The notes below the pieces were generated by a model. The model was not told where the DNA came from. It searched no databases and worked only from the letters and a program-made list of their open reading frames with translations. A stretch of 64,000 nucleotides of DNA from Pirellulales bacterium. Its GTDB lineage: Bacteria; Planctomycetota; Planctomycetia; Pirellulales; Lacipirellulaceae. Positions 38,131 to 50,000 of this stretch are shown piece by piece (position 1 is the stretch's first letter; each line of letters opens with the position of its first letter). The position numbers and the translations under genes were made by a program. The stretch spans positions 408 through 64,407 of the forward strand of contig JBGSWC010000324.1 in assembly GCA_041752635.1 (NCBI GenBank), read 5' to 3'.

Positions 38131-38886
38131 ATGAATCCCGCCGATTTTCAAGCCCAAAATCCTTATGCCTCGTTCGGCTCGATCGCCGCTCAAGCTCCGG
38201 CCGACGCTCGCATGGCGTTTCTGAAGCGAACCTACACCCATCTGGCGCTCGCCATCTACGCTCTGGTCGGCATCGTTTTCTGCCTGTTTCAGATACCGGG
38301 CATCGATGGACTGATGCAACAGTTGTTCGCCTCCCGCTGGGGTTGGCTCCTCGTCCTCGGTGCCTTTATGCTCGTCGGACGATTGGCCGAAAGCTGGGCG
38401 AGTTCGACGACTTCGATCAAGACGCAGTACCTGGGGCTGATTACTTATGTGTTTGCTCAGGCAGTGATCATGATGCCGCTGCTGTGGGTCGCGAATCAGT
38501 TCGCCACCAACATTGGTGGCGGTGTCACAGCGAGTCCGATTCTAGTCGCAGGTGTATTGACGCTTGTGCTCTTCAGTGGTCTTACTGCAACCGTGCTTCT
38601 CACCAAGAAGGACTTTTCGTTCCTCGGCCCCGCGCTTTCGATCGTAGGGCTGGTCGCGATGGCACTTGTCTTGATCTCTGCGTTTGGTTTCATGAACCTC
38701 GGCATCTTCTTCTCAGCCGCCATGGTTGTCTTGGCCAGCGGTTACACGCTGTATTATACTTCGCAGATCCTGCTCCACTATCGCACTGACCAGCACGTCG
38801 CGGCGTCGCTCGCTCTGTTCGCATCGGTCGCGCTGATGTTTTGGTACATCCTGCAAATTGTGCTGCGGTTCTCGAGCAGAGAATAG
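38131..38886 (+). CDS. Bax inhibitor-1/YccA family membrane protein
   Basis: FLKRTYTHLALAI start motif, seven hydrophobic segments, typical length of 251 aa. Confidence 0.85.
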   Translation: MNPADFQAQNPYASFGSIAAQAPADARMAFLKRTYTHLALAIYALVGIVFCLFQIPGIDGLMQQLFASRWGWLLVLGAFMLVGRLAESWASSTTSIKTQYLGLITYVFAQAVIMMPLLWVANQFATNIGGGVTASPILVAGVLTLVLFSGLTATVLLTKKDFSFLGPALSIVGLVAMALVLISAFGFMNLGIFFSAAMVVLASGYTLYYTSQILLHYRTDQHVAASLALFASVALMFWYILQIVLRFSSRE

Positions 38887-38950
38887 AGACAAAGTCTTTG
38901 CCCGAGCAACTCACCGAGTTGCGATTTCTGTGGTTTTCGGTCAATTTCTC

Positions 38951-38984
38951 AGCCCCGATCAAAATTGGTCGGGGCTATTTTTTT
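38951..38984 (+). terminator. rho-independent terminator downstream of the BI-1 gene
   Basis: AGCCCCGA (38951-38958), a 10-nt loop, TCGGGGCT (38969-38976), then ATTTTTTT. A second small hairpin GCAACTC/GAGTTGC at 38906-38922 precedes it. Confidence 0.75.
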
Positions 38985-39021
38985 CGCCTCGATTCTTTGC
39001 GCTAACATTCTCTAAGCTGCG

Positions 39022-39753
39022 ATGAATTTCCGCCTCGTCACCTACAACATTCACAAGGGGATCGGCGGCGTCGATCGTCGCTATCAGCCTGAGCGCATCG
39101 TCGAAGTCTTACAGCACTACAAACCAGACATCGCGTTGCTACAAGAAGTCGACGATGGTGTGAAACGCTCTAGCCACCACTGCCAGGTCGACCTATTTGC
39201 CGAAGCACTTGAAATGCCCCATCGTGGCTACCAGCGAAACGTCCGCGTTCGCCAGGGACATTACGGCAACGCCACGCTGAGCCGATTTCCCATTGCCGAG
39301 ACTGTCGAGATTGACTTGTCGATGCGGCTTAAGAAAAAGCGTGGTGCCCTGTTGACTGTCATGCGGGTCGAACACGAGCATCACTTGCGGTCGTTAGTGA
39401 TAGCCAATGCGCACCTTGGACTCGCTGGATTCGAGCGTAAGTGGCAACTCCGCCAGTTGCTCGCCCACGACGAAATTGCCCATCGCCACGCGGCGACGCC
39501 GCTGGTGTTGGCGGGCGATTTCAACGATATTTACGCCACCCTCGGACCGAAGGTCCTTGGCCCACTAGGTTACGCGCCCGCCGGCCGCACCGTGCGTACC
39601 TTTCCGGCCCGGCTGCCACTGCGACCGCTCGACCGTGTATTCTATCGCGGGGCGCTCGCATCGACACATGCATTCGCGGGCCACTTTCAGACAGCCCGTG
39701 ACGCTTCCGACCACTTGCCTCTGGTGGTCGACTTTCAATTTCTCGATGAGTAA
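39022..39753 (+). CDS. endonuclease/exonuclease/phosphatase (EEP) family protein
   Basis: YNIHKG, LLQEVD, LAGDFND and SDHLPLVVDF motifs. Same pairing with a cardiolipin synthase as E. coli ybhP-clsB. Confidence 0.85.
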   Translation: MNFRLVTYNIHKGIGGVDRRYQPERIVEVLQHYKPDIALLQEVDDGVKRSSHHCQVDLFAEALEMPHRGYQRNVRVRQGHYGNATLSRFPIAETVEIDLSMRLKKKRGALLTVMRVEHEHHLRSLVIANAHLGLAGFERKWQLRQLLAHDEIAHRHAATPLVLAGDFNDIYATLGPKVLGPLGYAPAGRTVRTFPARLPLRPLDRVFYRGALASTHAFAGHFQTARDASDHLPLVVDFQFLDE

Positions 39754-39762
39754 CTGCGGCAA

Positions 39763-41247
39763 ATGACAGATTCGACCCTGATTCTCGGTCTCATTCAACC
39801 GAGCTTCTTCGCGTTGTTGGTCGTGTTCGCCGGCTTGGCGGTGCAAGTCGGGCTCGCCGTGCGGGTCATCATGCGCCGGCGTGGCGTGGGAGAGTCGCTG
39901 GCGTGGATTTTCCTGGTATTAATTTTGCCGATTGGCGGTCCGTTGCTGTATTTGTTGTTTGGCGAATTACGGCTTGGTAGCCGCCGAGCTCGCCGATTCG
40001 CCGAGCTACAGAAGCCAGTGGTCGCGTTGCTCGAAGGGCTCCAAGAACAAGCGACCGCCACCGGTGCCTTGCTCAATGAGAAGACAGCACCGCTAACACG
40101 ACTCGCCGCCAAAGCGCTCGGTGTGCCCGTCTTGCCCGGCAATCACTTAGAGTTACTCGATGACTGGCAACACGTCTTTGACCGTCTCATCGCCGACATC
40201 GACGCGGCCACTCATCATTGCCATCTCGAGTTCTACATTATTCAGCCCGGCGGACGGGTCGACGAGGTGTTTGCGGCACTCCAGCGCGCAGCCGAGCGTG
40301 GTGTCGCCTGCCGGCTGCTCGCCGATGCTGTCGGCAGCCGCCCCTTCTTGCGCGGCAAGCTTGTCGACGAATTACGCAAAAAGGGCATCGAAGTTGTGTT
40401 CGCGTTGCCCGGCGGATTCATCCGCATGTGGTTCGTCCGCTTCGATCTGCGGCTTCACCGCAAGATCGTCATCATCGACGGCGTCACTGCCTATACTGGC
40501 AGCCTCAACCTCGTCGACCCCCGCTACTTCAAACAAGACTCGGGGGTCGGCCAATGGATCGATGCAATGGCCCGCATCACCGGCCCAGCGGTCGACGCTC
40601 TGGCCATCACGTTCTTGGCCGATTGGTACGTCGAATCGCAATGCTCGGCCGAGGAACTTCGCGAGAAGGCGACAACTCCGTTTTGCGAAGAAACCGGCAA
40701 CTCACTTGTTCAGGCAATGCCCTCTGGCCCCGATGTGTTCGAAGAAGCGGTCGACCAAGTGCTCGTCGCCGCCGTCTATGCGGCGCAACGAGAGCTAATT
40801 CTGACGACCCCCTATTTCGTGCCAAACGAGGCATTGATGACCGCCCTCGAAACGGCCGCCCGTCGTGGTGTCGAAGTCACGCTTATTCTGCCAGCGCGAG
40901 TCGACTCGTTTCTGGTTCGCTACGCCACCGGCGCATTCCAGCACGATCTGCTCGAAGCGGGCATTCGTGTCGCGCGATTTAACGGCGGGCTGCTACATAC
41001 CAAAAGTGTGACGATCGACGGCGAAATCTCGCTGTTTGGTTCGCTCAACCTCGACGAACGAAGTTTTTACCTCAACTTCGAAATCACCTTGGCGGTTTAC
41101 GACTCGACATTCACCGGTGAACTCCGCGCGCTTCAGCACCGATATCTCGACGACTGCGACGACCTAACCGTCGACGACCTCGCCAAGCGGCGGTTTCACA
41201 AGCGGTTCATCGAAAACCTCGCGCGGTTGTTTGGGCCTGTCTTGTAA
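39763..41247 (+). CDS. cls: cardiolipin synthase (PLD superfamily, two HKD motifs)
   Basis: N-terminal TM helices. HRKIVIIDGVTAYTGSLNLVD and LHTKSVTIDGEISLFGSLNLDERS. Confidence 0.9.
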   Translation: MTDSTLILGLIQPSFFALLVVFAGLAVQVGLAVRVIMRRRGVGESLAWIFLVLILPIGGPLLYLLFGELRLGSRRARRFAELQKPVVALLEGLQEQATATGALLNEKTAPLTRLAAKALGVPVLPGNHLELLDDWQHVFDRLIADIDAATHHCHLEFYIIQPGGRVDEVFAALQRAAERGVACRLLADAVGSRPFLRGKLVDELRKKGIEVVFALPGGFIRMWFVRFDLRLHRKIVIIDGVTAYTGSLNLVDPRYFKQDSGVGQWIDAMARITGPAVDALAITFLADWYVESQCSAEELREKATTPFCEETGNSLVQAMPSGPDVFEEAVDQVLVAAVYAAQRELILTTPYFVPNEALMTALETAARRGVEVTLILPARVDSFLVRYATGAFQHDLLEAGIRVARFNGGLLHTKSVTIDGEISLFGSLNLDERSFYLNFEITLAVYDSTFTGELRALQHRYLDDCDDLTVDDLAKRRFHKRFIENLARLFGPVL

Positions 41248-41260
41248 CGGTCGATGCGCT

Positions 41261-42130
41261 TCAAACCAAAAAATAGCCACTCAACCCTGTCCAAGGCGCA
41301 CACTCCGCTTGCAATTGTTCGCACTCTCGCCGAGCCTCTTCCCACGTATCACAATCGTTGGCGTAGCCAAACACCAGCAGTGGAAACGGCGGCGGCTTGT
41401 CGATCAAATCTGCAAGCCTGAATTCTTCGAGCACGACACCTGCGACTTGAGCCCAGTCGGACGGCGGTATCACTTCGTCGCAAATGGTCATTCCATAGAG
41501 CGGACCCGGAGCGAGCGGCTTGGCCGCGAGCGGAAGGCAGTCGATGCCGAGCATGACAACCAACACCGCTGGACAGGCGGCCAGTCGCTGGACGTAATCA
41601 TGATCCAAGCTGCTCTGTGATTCTTCGACCATCACCACCAGCGGCATACCAAGCCGCGCGGCTTGCCAACAGAAGTCGATTGACGGATCCTCGACGACCA
41701 GCGTTAACTTCTGGTCGCGAAGCGTGGGCCAATCATCCATTTCGATCAAGCCAGCGTCGCATCGAGCACCTCGCAGCACAGTCACACGGCCTTCGCATCT
41801 CAGCGTGCTTTTATCCGCCCGCCAATCGCGCAAACCAACAACTGCGATTAATTGGTCGCTCGCGTTTCGTAGTTCGTAGAGAAATGGCAACTCGCTCGAC
41901 CAATAACAGGGGTCGTTGACGACGACCGATTGCGCGATGGCCGAATCAGTTTCGTGCGTCGTCAATTTCCAGCGAGCGGATAGTGTGCTCGAATATTCGC
42001 AGATTGGGCCGACTAGGTTTGTCGGCAGGTCCTCGACGGGCCAGTCGCGTGGCCAGTCGCGTGGCCATTCGATTCGCAGCGTCGCCCGCAGGCTCCCTTC
42101 GGGCATCGTAATCACGTGGTTGGGGGTCAT
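41261..42130 (-). CDS. hypothetical protein (N-terminus faintly GH2 beta-sandwich-like)
   Basis: The ATG overlaps the uvrA stop (ATGA at 42127-42130). DPCYWSSELPFLYEL resembles the W-x-PE-x-P-x-LY strand of GH2 enzymes. Contains a WPRDWPRDWP duplication. Confidence 0.6.
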   Translation of the reverse strand: MTPNHVITMPEGSLRATLRIEWPRDWPRDWPVEDLPTNLVGPICEYSSTLSARWKLTTHETDSAIAQSVVVNDPCYWSSELPFLYELRNASDQLIAVVGLRDWRADKSTLRCEGRVTVLRGARCDAGLIEMDDWPTLRDQKLTLVVEDPSIDFCWQAARLGMPLVVMVEESQSSLDHDYVQRLAACPAVLVVMLGIDCLPLAAKPLAPGPLYGMTICDEVIPPSDWAQVAGVVLEEFRLADLIDKPPPFPLLVFGYANDCDTWEEARRECEQLQAECAPWTGLSGYFLV

Positions 42131-44982
42131 GCGTGCTCACTCGCGCGTCGAAAGTAGTCGGCCAAAACTCGTCCCGTTGCCGACTCCGCGCATGCGGCCA
42201 CGTCGCGAGGCGTGCCAGTCGCTACAACGCGGCCTCCTCGATCGGCAGGGCCGGGGCCGAGGTCGATAATGTGGTCGGCGGCGAGAATCACTTGAACATT
42301 GTGTTCGACAATCACCAGCGAATGCCCCACGTCGACGAGTGCCGATAGGCAATCGATTAACTTAGCGACATCAGAAAAGTGGAGTCCCACCGAAGGTTCG
42401 TCGAAAATAAACAGCGTCCGCCCGCGATGTTTCTCGTTCAAGAAACTAGCCAGCTTGAGTCGTTGTGACTCGCCCCCCGAAAGCGTATTGGCCGATTGAC
42501 CGAGTGGCAGATAGTCGAGCCCCACGTCGACGAGCGACTTGAGCCGGGCCTGTAGTTTGTTCTCGCCGCGAAAAAAGCGAAAAGCTTCGTAGACGGTCAT
42601 CTCGAGGATCTCGGCGATATTACGCCCGCGATAGCGTACGTCGAGCACATCAGAGCGATACCGCCGCCCGCCACACTCGCTGCACGTCATGTACACGTCG
42701 GCCATGAAGTGCATGTCGATGGCGACTTGGCCCGCCCCTTGGCATTGCTCGCAGCGGCCACCGGCGACATTAAAGCTGAAGTGGCCCGGCCCAAAACCAC
42801 GCGACTTCGCCTCGGGCAAATCGGCGAGCAAAGCACGAATTGCGTCGAACGCTTTGATGTATGTCACTGGGTTCGACCGAGGCGACTTGGCGACCGGGGA
42901 TTGGTCCATTCGCACGACCTGTTCAATTAGCGACGAGCCAAGCAAGTCAGCATAGGGCAGGGGGGGCTCGTCGCTCGTTTCGCCGCTGGCCAGTTGGGCC
43001 CCGACAGCAGGAGAGAGTGTGCCATCGACGAGCGAGGTCTTGCCCGCACCACTCACGCCCGTCACGACACACAACACGCCCAGCGGAAACTCGACATCGA
43101 TATGCTTGAGGTTATGGCCTGATGCACCGAGCAGTTGTAAACGCCCGTTCGGTTGCCGCGGCGTATGACTCGTCGACACCATTTCGCGGCGGCCGGAAAG
43201 CCAGTCGCCGGTACCGCTACTGGTGTTTGCGGCCATCGCGGCCGGCGTCGACTCGCACACGATCGCGCCCCCTTCGAGCCCGGCGCGAGGTCCAAACTCC
43301 ACGGCCCAATCGGCCGCTCGAAGTACCGACTCTTCGTGTTCGACGACGACGACGGTGTTGCCCCTATCGCGGAGCGACTCCATCGCCGCCACGAGCGCAG
43401 GGGTATCGCTGCGATGCAGCCCCGCAGTCGGTTCGTCGAGGACGTAGAGCATGTCGACGAGCGTCGAACCAAGCGAAGTGGTCATCGCGACCCGCTGGAG
43501 TTCTCCCGTACTGAGCGTGCGTAGCGGGCGACTGAGTTCGAGGTAGCCAACGCCGACCATTTGCAGGTAAAGGAGCCTTGAAGCAATTTGGTCGATCAAT
43601 CCGCCAGCCAGTTGTTGTTGCCAATCGGGTAACTGTAAATTGCCGAAAAACTCGATGGCGGCGTCGATCGACAATTCCTGGAGTGCTGCCACGTTCCGTC
43701 CAGCCAGCGTGTAGCCGAGCGATTCGATGCGGAGTCGGCTACCTTGGCACTCGGGGCACCTGTGGTAATTTCGCCAGCGACTGGCAAAGACTCGCAAATG
43801 CATTTTGTACTTGCGGGCGTCGAGCCAGTGAAAGAATCCCGCGAGCCCGCCAAAATCGCGCTCGGCAACGCCGTTCCAGACGACCGCGCGTTCCGCTTCG
43901 TTGAGTTCGAAATACGGGACATCGAGTCGAACATCGAAATCGCCAGCGAGTGCGATCAGTTCGTCGAGTTCGTGTGCGTAGGCAGGTGTGTTCCACGGCG
44001 CGATGGCTCCCCCGCGAAGCGACTTAGTCGTGTCGGGCACAACGAGCGACTCGTCGACATCCGCAACACTGCCGAACCCTTCGCAGGTCGCACAAGCACC
44101 CAGCGGACTATTGAAGTCGAACAACCGTTGTTCGGGCCCAGGGAGTTCTAGTCCACACGATTGGCATAGGCGCACTCGGCTAAATCGAAGCTTCTTAAAC
44201 GGGCGGCCATCGATTTCGACCAAACCGCTCAACTCGTCTTCAACGAATACAAAGGCTGTCGACTCTCCACATTCGAAAGCCGTTTCGAGCGATTCGACTA
44301 TTCGGTGCGATTCGCTTGTGCCGCGTACGCGGTCGATGACAATGTAACAGGGCTCGTCTGTTTCGAGTTCGTTCCAATTCGTGGTGGCGAGGTCAAGCAT
44401 ACGCGTACCGACAACCCCCCTCACGAAACCGCGCTCGCGCCAATCGGCAGCCCATTCGGTGGGCGATTGATCGGCTTCGGGATGGTCGCTGATTGCCATA
44501 ATCATGCGAGCTTCGCCCGCAATCGTGGCGAGCTTGTGGGCGGCCGTCTCGGGCGAGTCGCATTCGATGGTGGTCCCACAACGGGGACAATGCAGCTCGT
44601 GAACACTCGCCAGCAACATCTGCAAATAGACACCGATTTCACTGATGGTCGCGACTGTCGACCGATTTGATCGCGGCGCATCGTGCCGCGTGAGCGCGAC
44701 GGCCGGCGGAATGCCCTCGATTGAGTCGACTGGTGGCTTGTCAAGTTGGTCGAGGAACTGCCGCGTGTAGGCGCTGAATGTTTCGACGAATCGCCTTTGC
44801 CCCTCGGCATAGAGCGTATCGAGCGCCATGCTCGTCTTGCCGCTCCCCGAAACTCCACAGAAAACTGTCAGCAGTCCACGCGGCACGTCGAGATCGACAT
44901 TCTTCAGATTATGAGTCCGTGCGCCACGCACCCGAATCGCTTCGCGGGCGTTTCCGGGTATTGAGGGGCGAATTGCGGTCAT
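42127..44982 (-). CDS. uvrA: excinuclease ABC subunit A
   Basis: IRVRGARTHNLKNVDLDVPRGLLTVFCGVSGSGKTS, two ABC modules (LSGGE signatures), and zinc-finger Cys pairs. ATG 44982; the ORF opens at TTG 45054. Confidence 0.93.
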   Translation of the reverse strand: MTAIRPSIPGNAREAIRVRGARTHNLKNVDLDVPRGLLTVFCGVSGSGKTSMALDTLYAEGQRRFVETFSAYTRQFLDQLDKPPVDSIEGIPPAVALTRHDAPRSNRSTVATISEIGVYLQMLLASVHELHCPRCGTTIECDSPETAAHKLATIAGEARMIMAISDHPEADQSPTEWAADWRERGFVRGVVGTRMLDLATTNWNELETDEPCYIVIDRVRGTSESHRIVESLETAFECGESTAFVFVEDELSGLVEIDGRPFKKLRFSRVRLCQSCGLELPGPEQRLFDFNSPLGACATCEGFGSVADVDESLVVPDTTKSLRGGAIAPWNTPAYAHELDELIALAGDFDVRLDVPYFELNEAERAVVWNGVAERDFGGLAGFFHWLDARKYKMHLRVFASRWRNYHRCPECQGSRLRIESLGYTLAGRNVAALQELSIDAAIEFFGNLQLPDWQQQLAGGLIDQIASRLLYLQMVGVGYLELSRPLRTLSTGELQRVAMTTSLGSTLVDMLYVLDEPTAGLHRSDTPALVAAMESLRDRGNTVVVVEHEESVLRAADWAVEFGPRAGLEGGAIVCESTPAAMAANTSSGTGDWLSGRREMVSTSHTPRQPNGRLQLLGASGHNLKHIDVEFPLGVLCVVTGVSGAGKTSLVDGTLSPAVGAQLASGETSDEPPLPYADLLGSSLIEQVVRMDQSPVAKSPRSNPVTYIKAFDAIRALLADLPEAKSRGFGPGHFSFNVAGGRCEQCQGAGQVAIDMHFMADVYMTCSECGGRRYRSDVLDVRYRGRNIAEILEMTVYEAFRFFRGENKLQARLKSLVDVGLDYLPLGQSANTLSGGESQRLKLASFLNEKHRGRTLFIFDEPSVGLHFSDVAKLIDCLSALVDVGHSLVIVEHNVQVILAADHIIDLGPGPADRGGRVVATGTPRDVAACAESATGRVLADYFRRASEHA

Positions 44983-45215
44983 CGAACAGGGGCATTCCAA
45001 GGCCGGCTCTGTGACGGTTATGACAGTTCCGTAGTCTAACGAGTTTGTGGGCAAAACGTACAGCGGTGCAAAACATGTTCACCAGCGGTTCATAACCGAT
45101 GTATTGCGGTCGCCCGTTTCGAAAAGGTCAAAAAAAGTTCACCCAGCACCATGACAAGTCGATTTCAAAGCGCTATACTCGACGTCGATTTGGAAGTCAC
45201 TGCGGGGACCAACTC

Positions 45216-45536
45216 ATGCCGGTGGGCAATCGTTACAGCATGGTGCAGCCAACGAGCGATTCAGTTCGAAGGAATCCTTACGTCATCGTTTTGGCGTGCC
45301 TCGCGGCCGCGTTTTTGGTCACGGCGGCGTTCTATTGCGGCTCGCTATTGAGCGGTTATTTAGAAGCTCAATCGTCGAATGCGGAATCGACCTTCGCACA
45401 ACGGTGGCAGTTTTTTACGATTGCATTGCTTGTGGTGGAACTGGTCGGTATGATCACAGCAACGGTCGCGGCGGCGAATTTCGAAGATGCCGCTCAGGCA
45501 CGTTTCGATGCCTCGACCGCGCGTGGTGACATCTAG
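45216..45536 (+). CDS. small membrane protein (two predicted TM helices)
   Basis: MPVGNRYSMV..YVIVLACLAAAFLVTAAFY..FFTIALLVVELVGMITATVAAA. ATG 45216 is preceded by GGGGA. The upstream part of ORF 45099 is very basic and unlikely to be coding. Confidence 0.4.
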   Translation: MPVGNRYSMVQPTSDSVRRNPYVIVLACLAAAFLVTAAFYCGSLLSGYLEAQSSNAESTFAQRWQFFTIALLVVELVGMITATVAAANFEDAAQARFDASTARGDI

Positions 45537-45561
45537 TCGCTCGCCCCCTCGCGCTCGCTAA

Positions 45562-47811
<2,250 letters not shown>

Positions 47812-47931
47812 GCGAGGGAGTTGTGTTTGACGGTATAAAAAAGCCATCTGCACTAGGCCAACGGGCAGCTAAAGGCTTACAATAGGGGCTTTAGTTCGCC
47901 CACCTTCCGTCGCCTTCGCCCACTCGCTGCC

Positions 47932-49209
47932 GTGGATTATTTGCACGTTACTACCCCCGAGCAGCTCACTGAGCTTTGCCAGCAACTTGCCGACTGCGAT
48001 CGAATCGGTTTTGACACCGAGTTTGTCTCGGAAGATACCTTCCGCCCCGAGCTATGTTTGGTACAGGTCGTCTCGCGGCACGGGATGGCGATCATTGACC
48101 CTCAACCGATCGGCAACCTCGACGAGTTTTGGAACTTGCTCGCTGACGGCAGTCATGTGACCATTGCTCATGCAGCACGCGAAGAGCTCAATTTTTGTCT
48201 GACGGCGATCAACGAGCCGTTGGCGAACTTGTTCGATACCCAAATCGCTGCCGCTTTTTGTAGCACCGAATACCCGGCCGCTTATAGCTCGGTAGTGACG
48301 CGCTTCTTGGGCCATCGTCCCAACAAGGGCGAACAGCGAACCGACTGGCGTCGCCGTCCCCTTTCCGACGACCAGCTTGCCTACGCTCTCGAAGATGTTC
48401 GCTATTTGTTCGAGCTGCACGATGTGTTGAGCGAAAAAATCTCCGCTCTCGGTCGAGATTCGTGGCTGGCCGAAGAGACCGACAATTTTGTCACCGAAGT
48501 CATCGCCTCGCGAACGCGTCAGCGTTGGCGAAAAGTCTCGGGCATCGGTGGTCTTGGTGCTCGTAACCTAGCGATCGTTCGCGAGCTGTGGCGCTGGCGA
48601 CAAGCCGAAGCCGAGCGCCGCGACGTGCCGCCGAAGCGCATTTTGCGCGATGACTTGCTCGTCGAACTTGCGAAGCGCAAGAACCCCAACCCCGACAAAG
48701 TTCGTGCCATCCGTGGTATGAACTACCGTCCGCTCAAGAACTCGCTTGCCGAGATTGCTGCCTGCATCGAGTGTGGACTCACGGCCGATGTCGACGATCT
48801 GGCGTCGCGCGGCCAGGGGTCGATGCCTCCGCAATTGCAATTGCTTGGTCAATTTCTTATGCCGGCGCTGACCAGCATTTGCCGCAGCGCCCAAATGGCG
48901 GCCAGTCTAACGGGTACCGCGAGTGACCTGCGTGATATGATCGCGTTCCAACTCGGCTTTGGTAATTTCTCTGACGTCGACGACGACGCTCCCGCCGACC
49001 AGTTGCCCTCACTCGCACGCGGCTGGCGTGCCGACTTCATCGGCAACATTATCGACGACTTGCTCATGGGGCGCAAAAGCATCCGCATCGAAAATCCGCG
49101 TAGCGAACATCCGCTCGGTTTCATCGACGATCAAGGCAACGCTCACACGCCACAGGAACGCGTACCGAGACAAAAGCTTGCTCGCAAGAAGCGCAGGCGG
49201 AAGTCGTGA
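47932..49209 (+). CDS. rnd: ribonuclease D
   Basis: DEDDy exonuclease motifs IGFDTEF and YALEDVRYL, an HRDC-like region and a basic tail. GTG start. Confidence 0.85.
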   Translation: MDYLHVTTPEQLTELCQQLADCDRIGFDTEFVSEDTFRPELCLVQVVSRHGMAIIDPQPIGNLDEFWNLLADGSHVTIAHAAREELNFCLTAINEPLANLFDTQIAAAFCSTEYPAAYSSVVTRFLGHRPNKGEQRTDWRRRPLSDDQLAYALEDVRYLFELHDVLSEKISALGRDSWLAEETDNFVTEVIASRTRQRWRKVSGIGGLGARNLAIVRELWRWRQAEAERRDVPPKRILRDDLLVELAKRKNPNPDKVRAIRGMNYRPLKNSLAEIAACIECGLTADVDDLASRGQGSMPPQLQLLGQFLMPALTSICRSAQMAASLTGTASDLRDMIAFQLGFGNFSDVDDDAPADQLPSLARGWRADFIGNIIDDLLMGRKSIRIENPRSEHPLGFIDDQGNAHTPQERVPRQKLARKKRRRKS

Positions 49210-49239
49210 GTGAGCAGGGAGTGTGGGACGGGGCGTAGT

Positions 49240-49896
49240 TCAGGCTGCCCGCCGATTCGTTTCAACGGACGACTGATTCCCCGAGAACGCTGGCATCGTG
49301 GCGTGGTTGTCGGCTGAGACTCCCGAGCGACTTAGCACGACGGACAGCGTTTTCGCGAGCGTCTGCAAGTCGACGGCGAGCGACACGTTGTCGACGTACC
49401 ACACGTCGAGTTCGAAGCGTTCGGGCCAGCTTAGCGAATTGCGCCCATGAACTTGGGCCCAACCGGTGATGCCGGGGCGGACATCGTGCCGTCGTCGCTG
49501 GTCGTCGGAATATAGCGGCAAGTATTCGAGCAGCAACGGCCTGGGACCAACGAAGCTCATCTCGCCGCGCAGCACGTTCCATAACTCCGGCAATTCGTCA
49601 AGGCTTGTCGCCCGCAGCCACCGTCCGAACGGCGTCATCCGCGATGCATCATCGAGCAACTGGCCATCGGCGTCGCGGTCGTCGGTCATGGTGCGGAATT
49701 TGACGAGTCGAAAAGGCCGGCCATGCAGCCCAGGACGCGATTGACAAAAGAACACCGGACCGCCAAGTCGCCAGCGGATCGCGATGGCGAGTACGACGAA
49801 AAGTGGCGACAACGAAACTATCGCTGCAATCGCCAGCACGCGATCGGCGACTGGCTTCGTAACTTGGCAGTACAGTTGTTGGGTGATTCTTAGCAT
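49240..49896 (-). CDS. initiating phosphoglycosyl transferase (PglC/WbaP-C 'bacterial sugar transferase' family)
   Basis: A single N-terminal helix, then PVFFCQSRPG..FRLVKFRTM..DELPELWNVLRGEMSFVGPRP. ATG 49896 (TTG at 49899). Confidence 0.88.
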   Translation of the reverse strand: MLRITQQLYCQVTKPVADRVLAIAAIVSLSPLFVVLAIAIRWRLGGPVFFCQSRPGLHGRPFRLVKFRTMTDDRDADGQLLDDASRMTPFGRWLRATSLDELPELWNVLRGEMSFVGPRPLLLEYLPLYSDDQRRRHDVRPGITGWAQVHGRNSLSWPERFELDVWYVDNVSLAVDLQTLAKTLSVVLSRSGVSADNHATMPAFSGNQSSVETNRRAA

Positions 49897-49918
49897 CAAA
49901 GATCAACGGATTGTAGAT

Positions 49919-49990
49919 CGTCATTCCCGCGCAAGCGGGAATCTTGTTTAATCGCGATGTGTCTGAATTCCCTCCTGCGCGGGAATGACG
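49919..49990. repeat. REP-like twin palindromes ATTCCC-N8-GGGAAT inside a 15-bp inverted repeat
   Basis: ATTCCCGCGCAAGCGGGAAT at 49923-49942 and ATTCCCTCCTGCGCGGGAAT at 49967-49986. The flanks CGTCATTCCCGCGCA (49919-49933) and TGCGCGGGAATGACG (49976-49990) are exact reverse complements. Confidence 0.85.
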
Positions 49991-50000
49991 AGTCAGTTTG

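Noticed and set aside
40160-40982. Two long alternative-frame ORFs inside the cardiolipin synthase gene
   Set aside because: They are Arg/Ser/Pro-rich off-frame translations. The HKD motifs are in the 39763-41247 frame.
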